64,000 bases of DNA from the human T2T-CHM13v2.0 reference genome, Homo sapiens. Both the position numbers and the translations under genes were made by a program. Below are positions 38,635 to 52,760 of the stretch, in pieces (position 1 is the stretch's first letter; each line of letters begins with the position of its first letter). The notes beneath the pieces were generated by a model, which worked only from the letters and a program-made list of their open reading frames with translations, searched no databases and was not told the origin of the DNA. The DNA lies in NCBI RefSeq assembly GCF_009914755.1, contig NC_060936.1. One strand, written 5' to 3'.

Positions 38635-40989
38635 TAGATTAAGTTTTAAATGTGTGTCATTTCTATCACCATTATATTGTGTATGGCACAAAAAATGAAA
38701 AATATTCCAATATTTTAAAAATTGTTATTCCATTCAGCTAACAAGCTAGTTGCATCATTAGCAAAGGAGTGAAGTTCCAACATATATCTTTGTTGTTTCA
38801 CTTTTGTCTTACTCATTAAAGTTGATGGATATAAAACTATCAGTTGACATTATTATCAGAACTACATTCATTCATCAGTTGCTATCATAGGTTGGCTATA
38901 GATACAATAATTTGTCAAAAATCAGCAAAAGCATTCTATAAGAATATATTGGCTATATGGAATTTAAAATAAATAATATTGTTTATTTTACTATTATTTG
39001 TAAATGAATACTACATATCCTTCATATCAGTAAAATTATAAACTTATGTATGTGCATATATATGTATACACACCCACACACACACACTTTTTTTAAGAAC
39101 CAGTGGTTAAACTGGCTAGGGGAAGTGTAGACCCTAATGTTATCCACCAATTTTGCACCAGCACTCCACCTGCTTTTCACACCTGTGGCCACATAGAGGA
39201 TCTGTTTTGACCAAACCCAGAGCTTGGTTCATTCTGAATTATGCTTGGTAGATAGGGATCGGCTTTACAGCCCCATTCAGGAGCAGCTACAAATGAGCCC
39301 AAAAGCCTCGGCTCCAACTAGTGAAGGTTGATCCAGCTACTGCTGCCTCTGAATATACAACCTGACAGCAGCAAAACCAAGGTAAGATCCCAATATCATA
39401 CTTCCTCTGGGAAGCCAACTGGACACATGGTGGTGAGTTTATTGAGCCCCATCTTTCCTAGAACAGCCCATAGCTTGTTCTTACAGGAATGAACAACTCT
39501 TCCATGTATGTGTTTGCTTTTGTAGCCCAAAGAACCTCATCCATCATTACTACCCAGAGGCTTACAGAGTGCTCGATTCCATATAACATAGCATCCAGAC
39601 ATGTGTCCCATTTCATTGTGAAGGAGGTGTGGGAATAAACCCATGATTATGGGGTACACTGGTTGCATCCCATGCCACAAAATCTGGAAGCAGCCAATGT
39701 GATAGAGCACTGTCACATCCTGCTGAATGTGCAGCTCCAGTACCGGCTCAGAGGCCAGTCTCTTCTTCAAGTATGAAGTGGTCTCCTCCAGAGACTCCTA
39801 TAAGGTGCTATATCTCCAAGAGGAAGAAACACGTGGATTCAGGAAACAATGGGAGGCAGCAGGAGTGGCTCCATTTACCACGACTCCTCATACCTCTTGG
39901 GGAATGTTGTGCTTTCTGTCCCATAAATCCTGGGCTTTGCAGGTCTAGAGATTTTCAACCTCAAAAAAGTCATACTCTAGCCAGGGGACAATGCAAGGAA
40001 CCTACTGACCAATGACTGCTCCCTGGCACTTTGAACTCTTTGTGGTCCTGAGACTGTCAGGTGAGAAAAGGAATCCACCTCTAGACAGGGGTAATTGACC
40101 TTGATTAGTAGGATGAGATAGGGCTTCTCTTACATAAGGAGACAGAGTGGAATATGTGTAAACTCAGGGATCCACTGTGGTGCCTCTTGGTATTCCCTCA
40201 CCCAGATGTAACTCAGCAGACATGCACAGCAACCCTGGCCTGCTAAGAGTATGATTACTAAGGACCCCAATGACTCAAAAATGAGGGTTTGAGGGTAAAC
40301 TACCAAGACCTGCAGCAGTGACAGCTGAAGGTGAGAAGAATGGAGAATGGTGGCGTAAAGACCATAAATACCGATTGCAGCTGCAACACAAGAGTAGCTG
40401 CAAACACAAGAGTGGTTGTTCATCCTGCTAACCATCCTCTTCGAGCATTCTATCAGGAAGGGAGGCCACTGGGAACCATGGAGTCTGAATATGCATGGAG
40501 AAGTGGACCTGCATGGTGCAAGGGGTGGACTTTGGACGCCATGTAGGTGTGTTTCTCAGATCTTCCTTCAAGCAAGAAATTGCCCTGAAGGGTTCACTTG
40601 CTGAGATGCCTTAGGGATCTGCTGCAGCATTCAAGTCAGAGACACATTCTTCCTGGGAAGTTGATGACCAAGCACAGTGGAAGTTTTAGGACCTGGCCAC
40701 TTCTTTCCAGTTGGAGACTTTTCTTACAGGTAGTCTCTGCCCTGAGCTGTCCACTAAACCGGCCTAGACTTTCTCTAGCTGTACAGTCCTCTGAGGCTCT
40801 TACGCATTCCTCCTTTCCCTCTCCTTTCATAGGTGGCAAATCATCACAAGCATGAAGGTTTTCCCTCCCTTTTCCTACATCTTCTTCCATTTATCTCTCT
40901 TCCCTTTATCTTTTACCCTCTGTACATTTCTTGTACTTCTAATTTTATCTCGACATCTGCTTCCCAGATGACCAAACTAACTCATATAG

Positions 40990-41925
40990 CCACTTGATTG
41001 GTGACAAAGATACAACTGCAATATATCTTTGTTCAAAGAATTCAAATGATCACCTTTTAAATAAATGGCACTGGGTCAATGAATTGTGGGAAAGACATGA
41101 ATCTTGACCCCTGCTTCACCTTATACACAAAAATCAATTCTAGTTGGATTTTGGACCTAAATGTTAAGAGTAATAAGTAAGTTGTTTTAAACAGAACCCA
41201 AAAAACACCAACCAGAAATGAAAAGTTTGATAAATTAGATTTCATTAAAATAGAGAATGTCTAATTGTGAAGACACCATTTGGGGAAGGAAAAGGCAAGG
41301 CCCTAAATGAAATAAGATATTTGCAATTCGTATATCCCATAAAGATATTATGTCCAGAGTATATAACAATCTCATTTAAACCAATAAGAAAAAAGATAAC
41401 CCAATTTTTGCAGAGGGAGTTTATTAGGTTTCTATGGCTGCTGTAACAAATTACTACAAACTTGATGGCTTGAAATAACAGAAATTTATTCTCTCACATT
41501 GTTGGGGGCAAAAGGTGTGAAATAATTATCACTCGACTGAAATCAAGGTGTTGGCAGGGTTTTGTTCGCTTCAGAGGCTGTAGAGGAGAATTCATTCCTT
41601 GATTCTTCTGAAGGCTGATGGCTTTCCTTGGTTTGCGGCCACATTACTTCAATATCTGATTCGCAGTCACATTGCCTTCTCTTCTGTCTGTGTCAAATCT
41701 CCCTCTGCCTGCCTCTTGTAAGAATGCATGGGATTACATTTAGAGCTCACCCAGATAATCCAGTGTTATCTCTCCATTGTAAAATCCTTGATCACATCTG
41801 TATAACCCTATAAATAAGATAATATTTAGGTTCCAGGGGGACCACATTTTGGGGGGCCATGATGTAGCTTACTTTAGGGGAAAAGGGTTTGAATGGCACT
41901 TCCCAATGAGGATATCCAAGTGGCT
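40990..41925 (+). mobile_element. L1M ORF2-end fragment interrupted by MLT1
   Basis: cttcaccttatacacaaaaatcaattctagttggatt...gataaattagatttcattaaaat; resumes ttgaatggcacttcccaatgaggatatccaagtggc. Confidence 0.7.
41421..41872 (-). mobile_element. MLT1C/D-like MaLR LTR
   Basis: ggctgctgtaacaaattactacaaacttgatggctt...gaaatcaaggtgttggcaggg...cacccagataatccag. Confidence 0.82.
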
Positions 41926-43159
41926 TACTGTAAAAACTGTCTAAAGTCCCTTAAAATTAAAAAATTCTATCATTCTGTAAAAGTCAGTATTCCTAGAGTT
42001 AGATATTGTAAGAACAATGTGACAGTCTTTTTTTTTTTAACTGTTATAGTTGTTATGATTGTTTGGGGGATAATTCAGGAAGTTTTAACAACAAAAGTCA
42101 TTTTTAAAAACTGATTTGAGGCAAAGAAATAAAAGAAGATTGGAATTAAAAAACACAGACATTGGGAATGAGTGAGATAATATGGAATCAGGGGAGCAAG
42201 AAAAAGCAAACACAGGTAATATTAAAAATTTTTATACCACGAGCTGAGATCTACAAGTTTCCTAAGATGGCACTGTGAATAAATGTATTTCCCTGTGGAA
42301 AGTCTCAACACCATCACCTTAGTGTGATTAAGTCCTAAGTACCGGAGCCAGCAAATGTAATCTCCCAGTGTTATCCAATGGAAGAGGAAACATTCTACTG
42401 ATTCCAATTAGGCCACGTACAAGGAATGCTTAGTTTTATATGATCCCCCAAAACAAAAACATATTATATGTAAGTTTTTCTTAAATACAGGCATCCAGAA
42501 GAATAAATATCTCTCCTCTGTCTTATTGTTATACCACTGACTTAGTGAAAGCACTGAATAGTTAATCCCGTGACAAGGCAGTCTCTCCACCTATGCAACG
42601 GAAAACTGCATCTCTCCTTTCTAATTTCCAGCCCTGGTTTCATAGGGGGCTATGAGGACTAAGTAAACAGTGAACAGGACTCTCCCTCAAGGCCCAACAA
42701 ACTGAAAGAGCAAATTCGCAAATGCTCACTGGGGTACACTCAAAGGTACCCTAACCATACTATTTATACTCAGAAACATCCTAACTATATAATTGAAGCC
42801 CTAGCAGTGTCTCACTTCCCCCCAAAGAGCAGTTCAAGCCCAGGAGCATCAGAACATTATTAGAAAATGTGCCTGGTAAGATGGTTATTAAATAAAGTAT
42901 GACTCATTTAGGTGGCTTTAATCTCTCCTATTATGTGCCAAATAGGAACTGAAAGTGGTTTAGCACATAAATCCATTTAATCTAATTTGTAACATAAAAC
43001 ATCGGATTCCATTTCCATATTATCAGTGTGGCAGCAGGCATTTCGGTACAAGCCTTCTGGCTGAGCAATGGGCTAATCACCAGAGGAGGGGCCACTCCCT
43101 CAAGTAGCATAAATTTTACTTGAGATAAAACACACATTGTTGTACTGGGGAAAAGTCTG

Positions 43160-43322
43160 TGATCCAGGCAAAAAGGCATTGACCTTGGAGTTTGGGGACC
43201 CAGGCTCTGATTCTGGAACTAGCACTAATGAACTGTCACCTCCCCCACACTGTCCCTACATTTCTAAATCTGTGGATGAGAGAATAGAATAGGACATTTT
43301 CTAAGAGCTCTTCCATTTCTAA
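43160..43322 (+). mobile_element. MIR (MIR3/MIRc-like)
   Basis: cattgaccttggagtttggggacccaggctctgattct...tttctaagagctcttccatttcta. Confidence 0.55.
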
Positions 43323-45099
43323 GTAAAAAGATTGGTAGAAAATTTAGGCATAGGGGAAACACACCTGCTAAATAGATCGCAAAACCATTTATTTCACTTT
43401 ATCTCCGCTGCCAAGTTCCTGCTTGAAATTGTTGTCACCTCCCCGTAAGCCTCCTGCACTGGCCTCAACAGAAAGCTTCATGGCTTTTCTTGGCACACAC
43501 AGCCCTGATCCAGAATGATCTTTCCAAAACACTGTCTGAAGTTGTCTTTTCCTGAATACCTATTCTGATTGAATTCATGAAACTTATAGCTCATTCATGT
43601 TAGAGAATAAGTATTGAACGTGGGTGAAAAGAAGAAAGAAGAGTAGTAGAGATTCCAAAGGCAGGTAGAAGAGTTGAGATTTATGTAATAAAACAAGCCT
43701 CCGTAGACTTTCTACCAAGGAAATGGCATGATAAAACCCATTTGAGAAAATTAGTTCTACCGATGGATATAGGGCACACTAACAAGAAAGAAAACAGAGG
43801 AGAAGCCAGCCAGAGTGCTGTGGCTGCCTTGCAGGAAGGGGCTGACAAGAGACCCGAATGGGCCTGTGGGCCTGTCAGAGGGAAGTGGAGCTGGGGGTCA
43901 GTCCGTAGAAACCATTGCAACAAAACAGGAAACGAAAAATACTAAGAATGGTTTCATCGGCCTTATGAGACAACAAGAATGGGAGCAAGAAGGAAATAAA
44001 GTATTTTGGGGTTACTACTTTCATACCTTAAATATCTGGAATTTCAAAGAAACTACAGTTGTAACAAGATCATTCTAATTTTATGGAGTTGTTATACATT
44101 TATGATACTTTTAAAACCTAAATGTATAACTAGAAATCTTTTCTAGCAACAACAAAAAAATTTCTGTTAAACTGGTAGCTCACTGGTGATGAGCATCTTT
44201 AAATGTCCATTTCTCTAATGCTTTATTATTCCAATAATGTCAGGTTACATATAACATTTTATTGTTATATTACTCATAGTCTTAGGTAAACATTTTGTGA
44301 TACTGTCATTAACTCAAAGACCCAATTTTCAGTGTTTTGTCTATACTTTAACTCCCACAATATTATAGCAATTATAAAATTGTAGTTACACCAATGCAAA
44401 TGATAACGTCATCTTAACTTTAAGAGCAATTTTAACATATAAAACATATTCTCTTAAGTCTTAACCTGTTCCTTGTAAGAACATTATCATTTTTTTTTCA
44501 TTATTGCTATTCTAAGTCAGGACAGAGTTAAGAAACACATTACTTGAATTTCCTATGTGACCAGGAAATCCACACATTTTTCAGTAGGTGTTATTTTGGT
44601 TCAGTGAGTTTCATTTCAATTTCTTTTCTGCTGTGTCTGGTTTCACAGTATGATTAATGACCTAACTTGCTTTGGTCTCCCTGCAATTGTCTTGAGAATT
44701 TACAATACTGGATTTATTCACTTACAATAAATGCAAAGCAGAAATGCAATTTTCAATGTAAATGTTGCCCTTAAAACACACAGATATTTATCATTGACTG
44801 TTTCTTAATCAATTTCTTGGATTTTGGACACAGAAGTGTTCTGTATGGTAACCATTAACTTGTAAAAATAAAATATTGTATATGAAAACTATCAGATTAA
44901 CAACATTGCAAATTAAACTCTTTTTAGCTAAAGAACATAATGATAGAATCCAATCCTCACGCTACATATGCCCTCTGAATTCTACCTCAGAAAGTCCACC
45001 TGTAAAACCAAGAATTATTTCCTGAGGGTGAAGAATATTAACTAGAATTTTAATAATAAAGTAATGTATAAAGTGAATGTCATAAATAAATTGACATCT

Positions 45100-45735
45100 T
45101 GTTATTCCAGATGATCAACCTGAGAAACCACTGGACTTTTTCCCCTCTCAATTCTCTTACCAACCCACTGGAATTCACTTCTCTGAATTGTGTTACATAG
45201 GTTCCTCTCTAAAATCACTGTCATTCCAGAGTGAACAGGATTCAAAACTTATTATTCTAAACTACAGGTCTCCACAGCTCAGGCACTGTGTGGCTCAGTT
45301 GGCTCCTCTCTGCCTCCAGTTCTTGATTCCAAATACACAAGTATGTTTATCAGTTCCTCCTACCTGCCAAGGCCCTTCTCACCTCCAAGCCTGCATACCT
45401 GTTATTTACATTGGAACTCTCTTTTCTGTTTTGACTAACCCTACTTGTCTTCGAAGTCTCAGCTGAGGGATTACTTCTTCAGCAAGGACTTAGTTCCCCC
45501 TAGATTAGATTAGCTCTCCCTAATATATGTTTTCATAGTTCCCAGTCTTAGCATAACAACTATCAGACCCTCTTTAATGTCTGGTTTCCTCTTCAGAATG
45601 TGAACTTCATGACAGCTGGTAGACATTAGGTGACTTGCAGGACGTTATAAGGATTAAGTGAAATCAAGTATACAGTGCTTAGCCACACACAGAATAAAAG
45701 GCTTTAATATGTGGAACCTATTTTTATTATAGCAG
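45100..45735 (+). mobile_element. L2 plus MIR fragments
   Basis: cttcgaagtctcagctgagggattacttcttcagcaagg; gttataaggattaagtgaaat...cagtgcttagc. Confidence 0.55.
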
Positions 45736-46099
45736 TTTACATGCTTGGTGTCAAAATGTTAATATAATAGCAATGCTATGAAGCCACCTGAGTCAAACAA
45801 AAGCTACCTCAAAGTACCCCAACTTAGGAAGACTAGAGTGGTCATATCTCCAGAAAATCATCAAAGCCAAGCTCAGTTGTCTTGGCACTCACTGATCCTA
45901 TGTTTGCAGTCACAGTTGTCCTTTAAGACCACTTCTCAAACCTTACTGTAAATTTCTACCCTTCAATTAGAAAATAGTAAGAAACATAATCAAAATAAGT
46001 TAATGAACAAGATAATTCAGAAATTTTTTTTGTTTCAAAAGATAAAACAAATGAGTAAATATGTCAATGTAGATGGGAAAGATAATTTTTACCATTGGA

Positions 46100-47320
46100 A
46101 GAATGAGATACTATTCAGCAATAAAGTAGAACCAACCACTAACAAACATGACAATACAGATAAATCTTAAAAACATTATGCAACATGAAAGAAGATAGAC
46201 ACAGAGTACATGATACGTTATTCCATTTGTATGAATTTTAGATGAGACAAAACTAATCCATGATGACAGAAAGCAGACTGCTGGTTTTAAGGGGTAAAGA
46301 GAGAGGGATAGAATACAAACAGGCATAAGGGAACATTTTAGGGTGATGCAAATGTTCTATATCTTTATTGTGATATGAACAGGAGGCAGGGAAATACTTG
46401 GTAGAAAAGGGTGGGGTCCCTAGAGAGGGCTTCACCCTCAAGCCTGCAACCACCACCCTAAGTGAGAACATGCATTCCTGTTTTCCCACCCAAATGTTGC
46501 CTTTTCCAAAACCACCCTGGCCTGCCCTGTCCCCCATCCTATACCCATAAAAACCCCAGGTTCCACTGGCAGAAGGGCAGCAGAAGTGGCAGAGCAGCAT
46601 GGCAGAGAAGGAGAGAAGAGAAGCATCTGAACGTCAAGAGGAGAAGCAGCTGGATATCAGAGACTACAGTTGGAGAGGAGTTCAGCTGGGGACAGTCAGA
46701 GAAGAGTTTTGGCCAGAGATGGCCAAACTTCAGAGGAAGACCACCTTCCCACTCCATTCCCTTTCCAGCTCCCCATCTAACTGAGAGCCACTTCTGCCAC
46801 TCAATAAAATCTTCCACATTCACCACCCTCCAATTTGTTTGCACAACCTCATTCCTCCTGGATGCCAGACAAGGACCTGGGTGTGGGTGCAAGAGGCTGT
46901 CACACTGATCCCCCACTGAGCTGTTTAACACTTAAGCTGTCCACGGATGGCAAAGCTAAGGAAGCTCACTGTAACACACACCCTCTGGGACTCCAGGGAT
47001 CACAGCAATCCCCAGATGCTGCCACAGAGCAGTGCAGAGTTCTACTCTTGCCAGCGCCCAGAAGCACTCATCCAGGCTTCTGAATCTCCTCACTTGCATG
47101 TGCCCCTGCCACAGGGGTTTGAGAGCTGCAAGCTGAGTAAGTGAGCCACCCCTTCAAGAGTCCCACGAAGGGGTTAAGGGAACTATCCTGTTTTAATTGG
47201 AGTGGAGTTTACATGGGGGTATGCATTGGTGAAAACTCGGAACTGTACATTTAAAGAGGTACATATGATAATAAAATTATCACATGTAAATTATACACCA
47301 AAAAGCTGAAAATTATATTT
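46100..47320 (+). mobile_element. L1ME/MB-type 3' end interrupted by a MER50-family LTR
   Basis: atactattcagcaataaag...ttccatttgtatgaattt...gatgcaaatgttctatatctt; resumes ttacatgggggtatgcattggtgaaaactc. Confidence 0.75.
46371..47195 (+). mobile_element. MER50-family ERV1 solo LTR with 4-bp TSD
   Basis: Starts tgatatgaacaggaggcagggaaatac and ends agggaactatcctgtttta. TSD attg at 46367-46370 and 47196-47199. Confidence 0.82.
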
Positions 47321-47451
47321 AAGAAAGAGATTCTCTATGGTGCTGAAAGAATTAGAAAGATACAAGGTTTTTTAGGAGCATAGAGGTAGTACTAACTTGT
47401 ATTTGTATCTTTTAAACATTAATTAATGTGAAAAGTTCCTTTTTAAAATGT

Positions 47452-47458
47452 ATGTTTG

Positions 47459-47496
<38 letters not shown>

Positions 47497-47506
47497 AGAG
47501 AGAGTG
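47452..47506 (+). repeat. (TG)n(GA)n microsatellite
   Basis: Direct read. Confidence 0.9.
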
Positions 47507-47851
47507 TATTTCAGTTTGCTGCTATTCCTGAACTTCAAAAACCTTGCATCTTGTTAGGAATTAAAAATGAATTATCTCAGTAGGAAGCAGATGCATTACC
47601 TTGATGATTTAGCATCTATTTGGCTGCTTAGGTGAAACTGTATTTTAAATTACTGACCAAGAGTTTCACTTGTTCTACTCTCATTGTTAGATGCATTTTT
47701 ATGTGATATTTGTAATTAGTTTTATTATATTCACACTTGATACATTTAATAAATTAGCTATCTTTATTTTCTATGCATATGAGATGAATATAAATATGTA
47801 TATTTGTACATGATTCATTTTTCTTTGAGATAAATACTTCAGTATTTACTT

Positions 47852-48243
47852 TTGGTCTTAGTCTGATAGGAGTGTCATAACAAAATACCACAGACTGTTA
47901 TAAACAATAGAAATTTATTTTCTCAATTTTGGAAGCTAGAAGTCTGAGGTCAGGATACAAGCATGGTGAGGTTCTGGTGAAGGCTCTCTTCCTAACTTGC
48001 AGACTCTGCCTTCTCATTGTGTCTTCACAGGGCATTTTCTTGGTGGCATGCAAGTGGAGAGAGAGTGCCCACTCTTCTTCTTTTTCCTTATAAAGCCACC
48101 AACTTAGTCAGATTAGGACACCACCCTTAAAACTTCATTTAACATTAATTACTTCCTAAGAACCCCATCTCCAAATACAGCATCATTGGGATTTAGAGCT
48201 TCAGCATACGAATTTTGGAGAGGGGCACAATTCAGTCCATAGC
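47852..48243 (-). mobile_element. MLT1A/B-like MaLR LTR
   Basis: gtcttagtc...taacaaaataccacagact...ccccatctccaaatacag...caattcagtccatagc. Confidence 0.85.
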
Positions 48244-49289
48244 TGCAGATGCCTGGTTTTGAGCATAAAAATTCACTTGTTTGTTTCTCCAACAGATATT
48301 TATTAAGTACATGCTGAATGGTGGGTTCTGGAGACCCAAAAGTTGAAGAAGACATAGTCCAAGCCCTCATCGTATGCATAGCCTTTGTGTGACAGTTAAT
48401 TATAAAGGCAAAGGGAGAATAGCTTGTAAATTTGGAATGTGAGATAAACGAAACGGGCCTTTTGTTTCATTAGACCTTTTATTGAGTAAATGAGAATTAA
48501 AGAAAAATAGAAGTGAATGAGAAGTAACATTTCTCCAATTTTTTATTTACAGAAACAAGAACATATATTTTGATAACTTGGTATTTATGTTATAATTCAA
48601 AATATAGGACTGAACACCTGGACTTATACTGCATCCCTTCCTCTTTCTCTCCTCTCCCCACTGGTAACAGTGATTGACGGTGGCCTGAAATACGGAGTTG
48701 TCAGTAGGATATAAGATACACTATTTTAATTGGATACTAGATAGGTCTCAGTCCCAGTCACCCAAAGAGTTGCAAACCCTTCAGAGCATTTTTATATATA
48801 TCTGGTTTGCTTAGGAAATCGAAAGCTATTTGAATCTCACTAACCTCTTCCCTTTTTAAAAAAATGTTAATTTTTTTAACACTAGAAAAGTTTATCTGTA
48901 GCAACAAAAGAGTACATTTGAAGCTGAGTTGAAATGTAGCTGCAGGAAAATTGTCCAACATAAGAGAAAAAAACCCTCTAAAATACTCCAAGCTTCCTAG
49001 TATTTCTGAGTGTTAAATTGTCAGATGTATTTTTTCATTGTTTTCATGGGGGCTATAATCATCATAATTTGAGTCAAAACAGGTATTTTCAAGGTCTTAA
49101 CATTTCAACACAAATTTGTTAATATGACCAAGAATATTCCACCAAGAAGTCTACATCTGCTGGTATGCGGCTCCGTAAACTTGGGCCGGCCACTCGGCCT
49201 CTCCAAATTTAAATGCTTGTATGATTAAGATAAAGACCCAACATATTCAGAGGCATGAATAACTTAACAGCAAACAAAAATGTCTGAGT

Positions 49290-49735
49290 TTACATACATT
49301 ACCTCTCTTAATCCCTAAAACAATGGTGAAGTAGTGTTTATTAAATACATTTTAATGTATGAAGAAACTGAGGGCAAGAAAGGTTAAGTGACTTTCCTGT
49401 GGTCTCAAAACTACTAAGAGAAGACGTAGAGTCACTATGAAAACAAAGGCCTGTCTGACTCCAAAGCCCTTGCTCTTTCCACTTTCTCCCCAGCCTCTCA
49501 CCTCTTCTTTTAAATAGCAGCATTTTCACTTTTCACAGTAGTTTTACATGCATGGTCTTATTTGATCATCACAATTCTCCTGGAAAATAGGAAAGGGCAA
49601 TCATATTTTCTCTGTAATACACCATGGAAACAACAACTTATAAACTTTCTCAAGATCACAACACTAGAATATGTCAATCAAGTGTTGAATCCAGTCTTCT
49701 GATCCCCATTTCAATATGCTTTTCATTACAACTCA
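49290..49735 (-). mobile_element. Two adjacent MIR fragments
   Basis: gaagaaactgagggcaagaaaggttaagtgactttcctgtggtc; ttctcaagatcacaacact. Confidence 0.65.
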
Positions 49736-49754
49736 TTTTAAAAGATTAAATTGA

Positions 49755-50222
<468 letters not shown>

Positions 50223-50809
50223 TAAAGTCAGCCAGAGGCAAGGTCATTGTCATAATCAAGGCAGAAAGAAATTTGTGTCAAATTTATTTTTACACTGTAA
50301 TGTTTTGATTATTTGAATCCACTGTATTTTCCAGTGGGCTTTCATTTCACTTCTGGTTCTCAATATCCCCTCCTTTTGCAATTGCAGGGAGCAGATCTTT
50401 CAGTGCATCTAGATCTTTTATACTTGGGTGTTTTGGAAGAGAAAATCACAAACTAAAACAGGTACACTTGTTTTTGGTGTTAGCACTGCTTTTTCCCAGA
50501 TATAAAGCACTACAGCTGTTTATGATTTATGAACCCCTCTAAAACTCTTCTCTCCTGTTTTCATCAATAGTACTAGGGTTTGATAGCTTCATATCCTTCT
50601 AGGGACAGCTCCTATCTTTGAAAACATAGCAACTGATTTGGAGTTTCACTTAGGACTCTAGTCTTAAGAAATGAATATGCATTACCCAACGCCTCCTTAT
50701 CTTAGCCAAGCCTTATGTGATGCTTTTAGCAAGGTACTTTTCTTAAAGCTAGGAGCTTCATCTCTTGCCCCTCTGTCAGCGAGATCCATGAAAAGGAGAG
50801 TGCTGAGTT

Positions 50810-51010
50810 TATTAACTGTCAGCACTTACTCCTTACGTACATAATTTTCACTCCCTCACAACTTAATTCTCACAATACATGGTAAGTATTTTCAGTCCTC
50901 ATTTTTAGATGATGAAACTGAGGCTCAGGGACATAAAGTAATATGCTCAAGATCATACACCTATTATGTGGTAGGAACAAGATTCAAAGCTAGCCCTGTG
51001 ATTCCAAAAT
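50810..51010 (-). mobile_element. MIR
   Basis: cctcatttttagatgatgaaactgaggctcaggg...gctcaagatcatac. Confidence 0.75.
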
Positions 51011-51019
51011 CATTTTTTA

Positions 51020-51335
51020 AGTACTATGTTATATAGGTGCTATGCAGCTCTCTACTATAGTGTTCTATATTACGCTATACTATACTATACTATGCTATAC
51101 TATACTATACTATACTATACTATACTATACTACTCTAGACAATACCACTCTATACCATTTCACTCTACAATATACTATGTGACACTACACTATATTATAC
51201 TATGCTATACTATACTATACCATACTATATTATAGCACAATATACCACACTAAATGTTATATACTATACTGCAATATATTATTTATATAAACTATACTAT
51301 ATTACATTACACTGCATTACACTAACTATACTAGT
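51020..51335 (+). repeat. Degenerate (CTATA)n pentanucleotide array
   Basis: Near-pure ctatactatac core at ~51076-51133 with decayed flanks. Confidence 0.9.
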
Positions 51336-52559
51336 CAGCAGATTTAAGTAAGCATCACTGTTTCTGGAACATACATACAAAGTCATTACAGAGAAGATAC
51401 CTAACATTCGGGTTTGATTTACTGATCACGTGGTATAGCCCCCATGATACTTAGCATGCAGTGCTAGTCCAGTAGATTTCCAGATTCTGTTGTCTGGGAA
51501 ATGTTTAATGGTTTTGCTCAGGCAATTCTACAGTGCATGGCTAATGGTAGATCCATTTTCAGTTTGGGCTCTAAGCAGAAGGAAAAATTTTTCCCTAAAG
51601 AGATTTCTAAACACCTCTGATTTTCATAGTTTTGGAAGAACATATTGTAACATGAAATATATGAATATACTGCATAAATAACGTTGTTACGATGCCAAAG
51701 GAAATTATTCTAAAATAAAGACCAATTTACCCGCAATTATTCTTCGACAAATCAAGCTTTTCTTTTTCTTTTTTCTTTCAGTTTGTGTCCAAATGCATAT
51801 TTTTACATGTTAACATGATAGCAAGATATAATTTTATATCCAGCTTTCATTATACTAAGTTTTTTAAAAGAAATCATTTTAATGGGGGAAAGAAAGATAC
51901 TTCCAGTGATCATGTCAAAGGAAACTGCATGGCAAAGATGAAAAAGTTGATGAGGCTTGCCTGGAATATGAATGCTTTCTGTACCTAGCAACAAACAAAC
52001 ACAAAGAAAAGAAAACCAACATCATCTAATGTATTATTTCCTTTTACTTAAGCCACAAAATTAGAACCATATCGATACTGAGAGTGAGTGAAGGCCAGCA
52101 AGTAAAGCCCAGCAAGCAATCCCTGCTTTTCCTGCCATAAGACCTTTGGCTTATCCAAAGTTAAATGCTAGCCATCTGTGTTAGATTCCCAGCCATCCAA
52201 ACCCACTAATATTCATAAAATATCCCCAGAGCTGGTCAAGACAGTAGACCAAAATCAAAAGCTTCTGCCAAGTAAAAAAGATATATCTGTAGACAAGTGT
52301 GATGCTGGAAGGACATAAACTTCACTGTTCTTTGATAAACAAAAGTGAATGAGTCCATCAGCCTGCACCATGTACTTGGAGGAGTCTGGGATTTCGTTTT
52401 TGTGTAGGTTGTGCCTATACGACGTGTAGCCATCTGTCCCTTCCAAGCAAAATAGGAGCTACTTGGGTAAACATTAATATCTACAACACCAAAAAAAGTG
52501 TTTAAAAGTGAGATAACAAAATGTGTGTTAAAACTGGCTGGTGATAATGAAGGAATTCG

Positions 52560-52760
52560 AAGGGGAGTGAAAAATACCTAGTGTGGGAGCTGCCAGGGCA
52601 GCCTGCAACAAGCCATGGGAATTGGTATGAGGTCCAGTCAGAATTTTGACATCTTCACTAACAATCTTGAAAAGCAAGTGAATGGCTCATTAATAAAATG
52701 CACAGATGAAGTGCAATGATGGATTGGATGTAAAAAAGCAGAGACATTAGTGATGTTAGC
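52560..52760 (+). mobile_element. L3/CR1 fragment
   Basis: ttttgacatcttcactaacaatcttgaaaagcaagtgaatggctcattaataaaatgcacagatga. Confidence 0.5.

Larger units (their letters stand above)
36885..39116. mobile_element. MER63-family (hAT-Blackjack) DNA transposon, split by Alu and MER11A
   Basis: gagtcaatttttaaatttccagg...agccagttgttaaacac...taaattatataaacttacaattaaataaattatattaaa; ends aagaaccagtggttaaac. Confidence 0.72.
34993..40985 (+). mobile_element. Decayed ERVL provirus B (HERV16-type) with nested insertions
   Basis: LTR16-like LTRs at ~34993-35428 and ~40540-40985. Leu-tRNA-like PBS tggtgctaggagtgg at 35431-35445. Gag-like tgccaaggtcagcactttggttgggaaa. Pol remnant 36313- (LHPATFTSKKKAQYLVGLYYLWRQHILHLGILIQP). 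dUTPase-like remnant ~39980-40160. Confidence 0.8.

Noticed and set aside
51026-51235. Tyr/Ile/Leu-rich ORF
   Set aside because: Translation of the (CTATA)n repeat.
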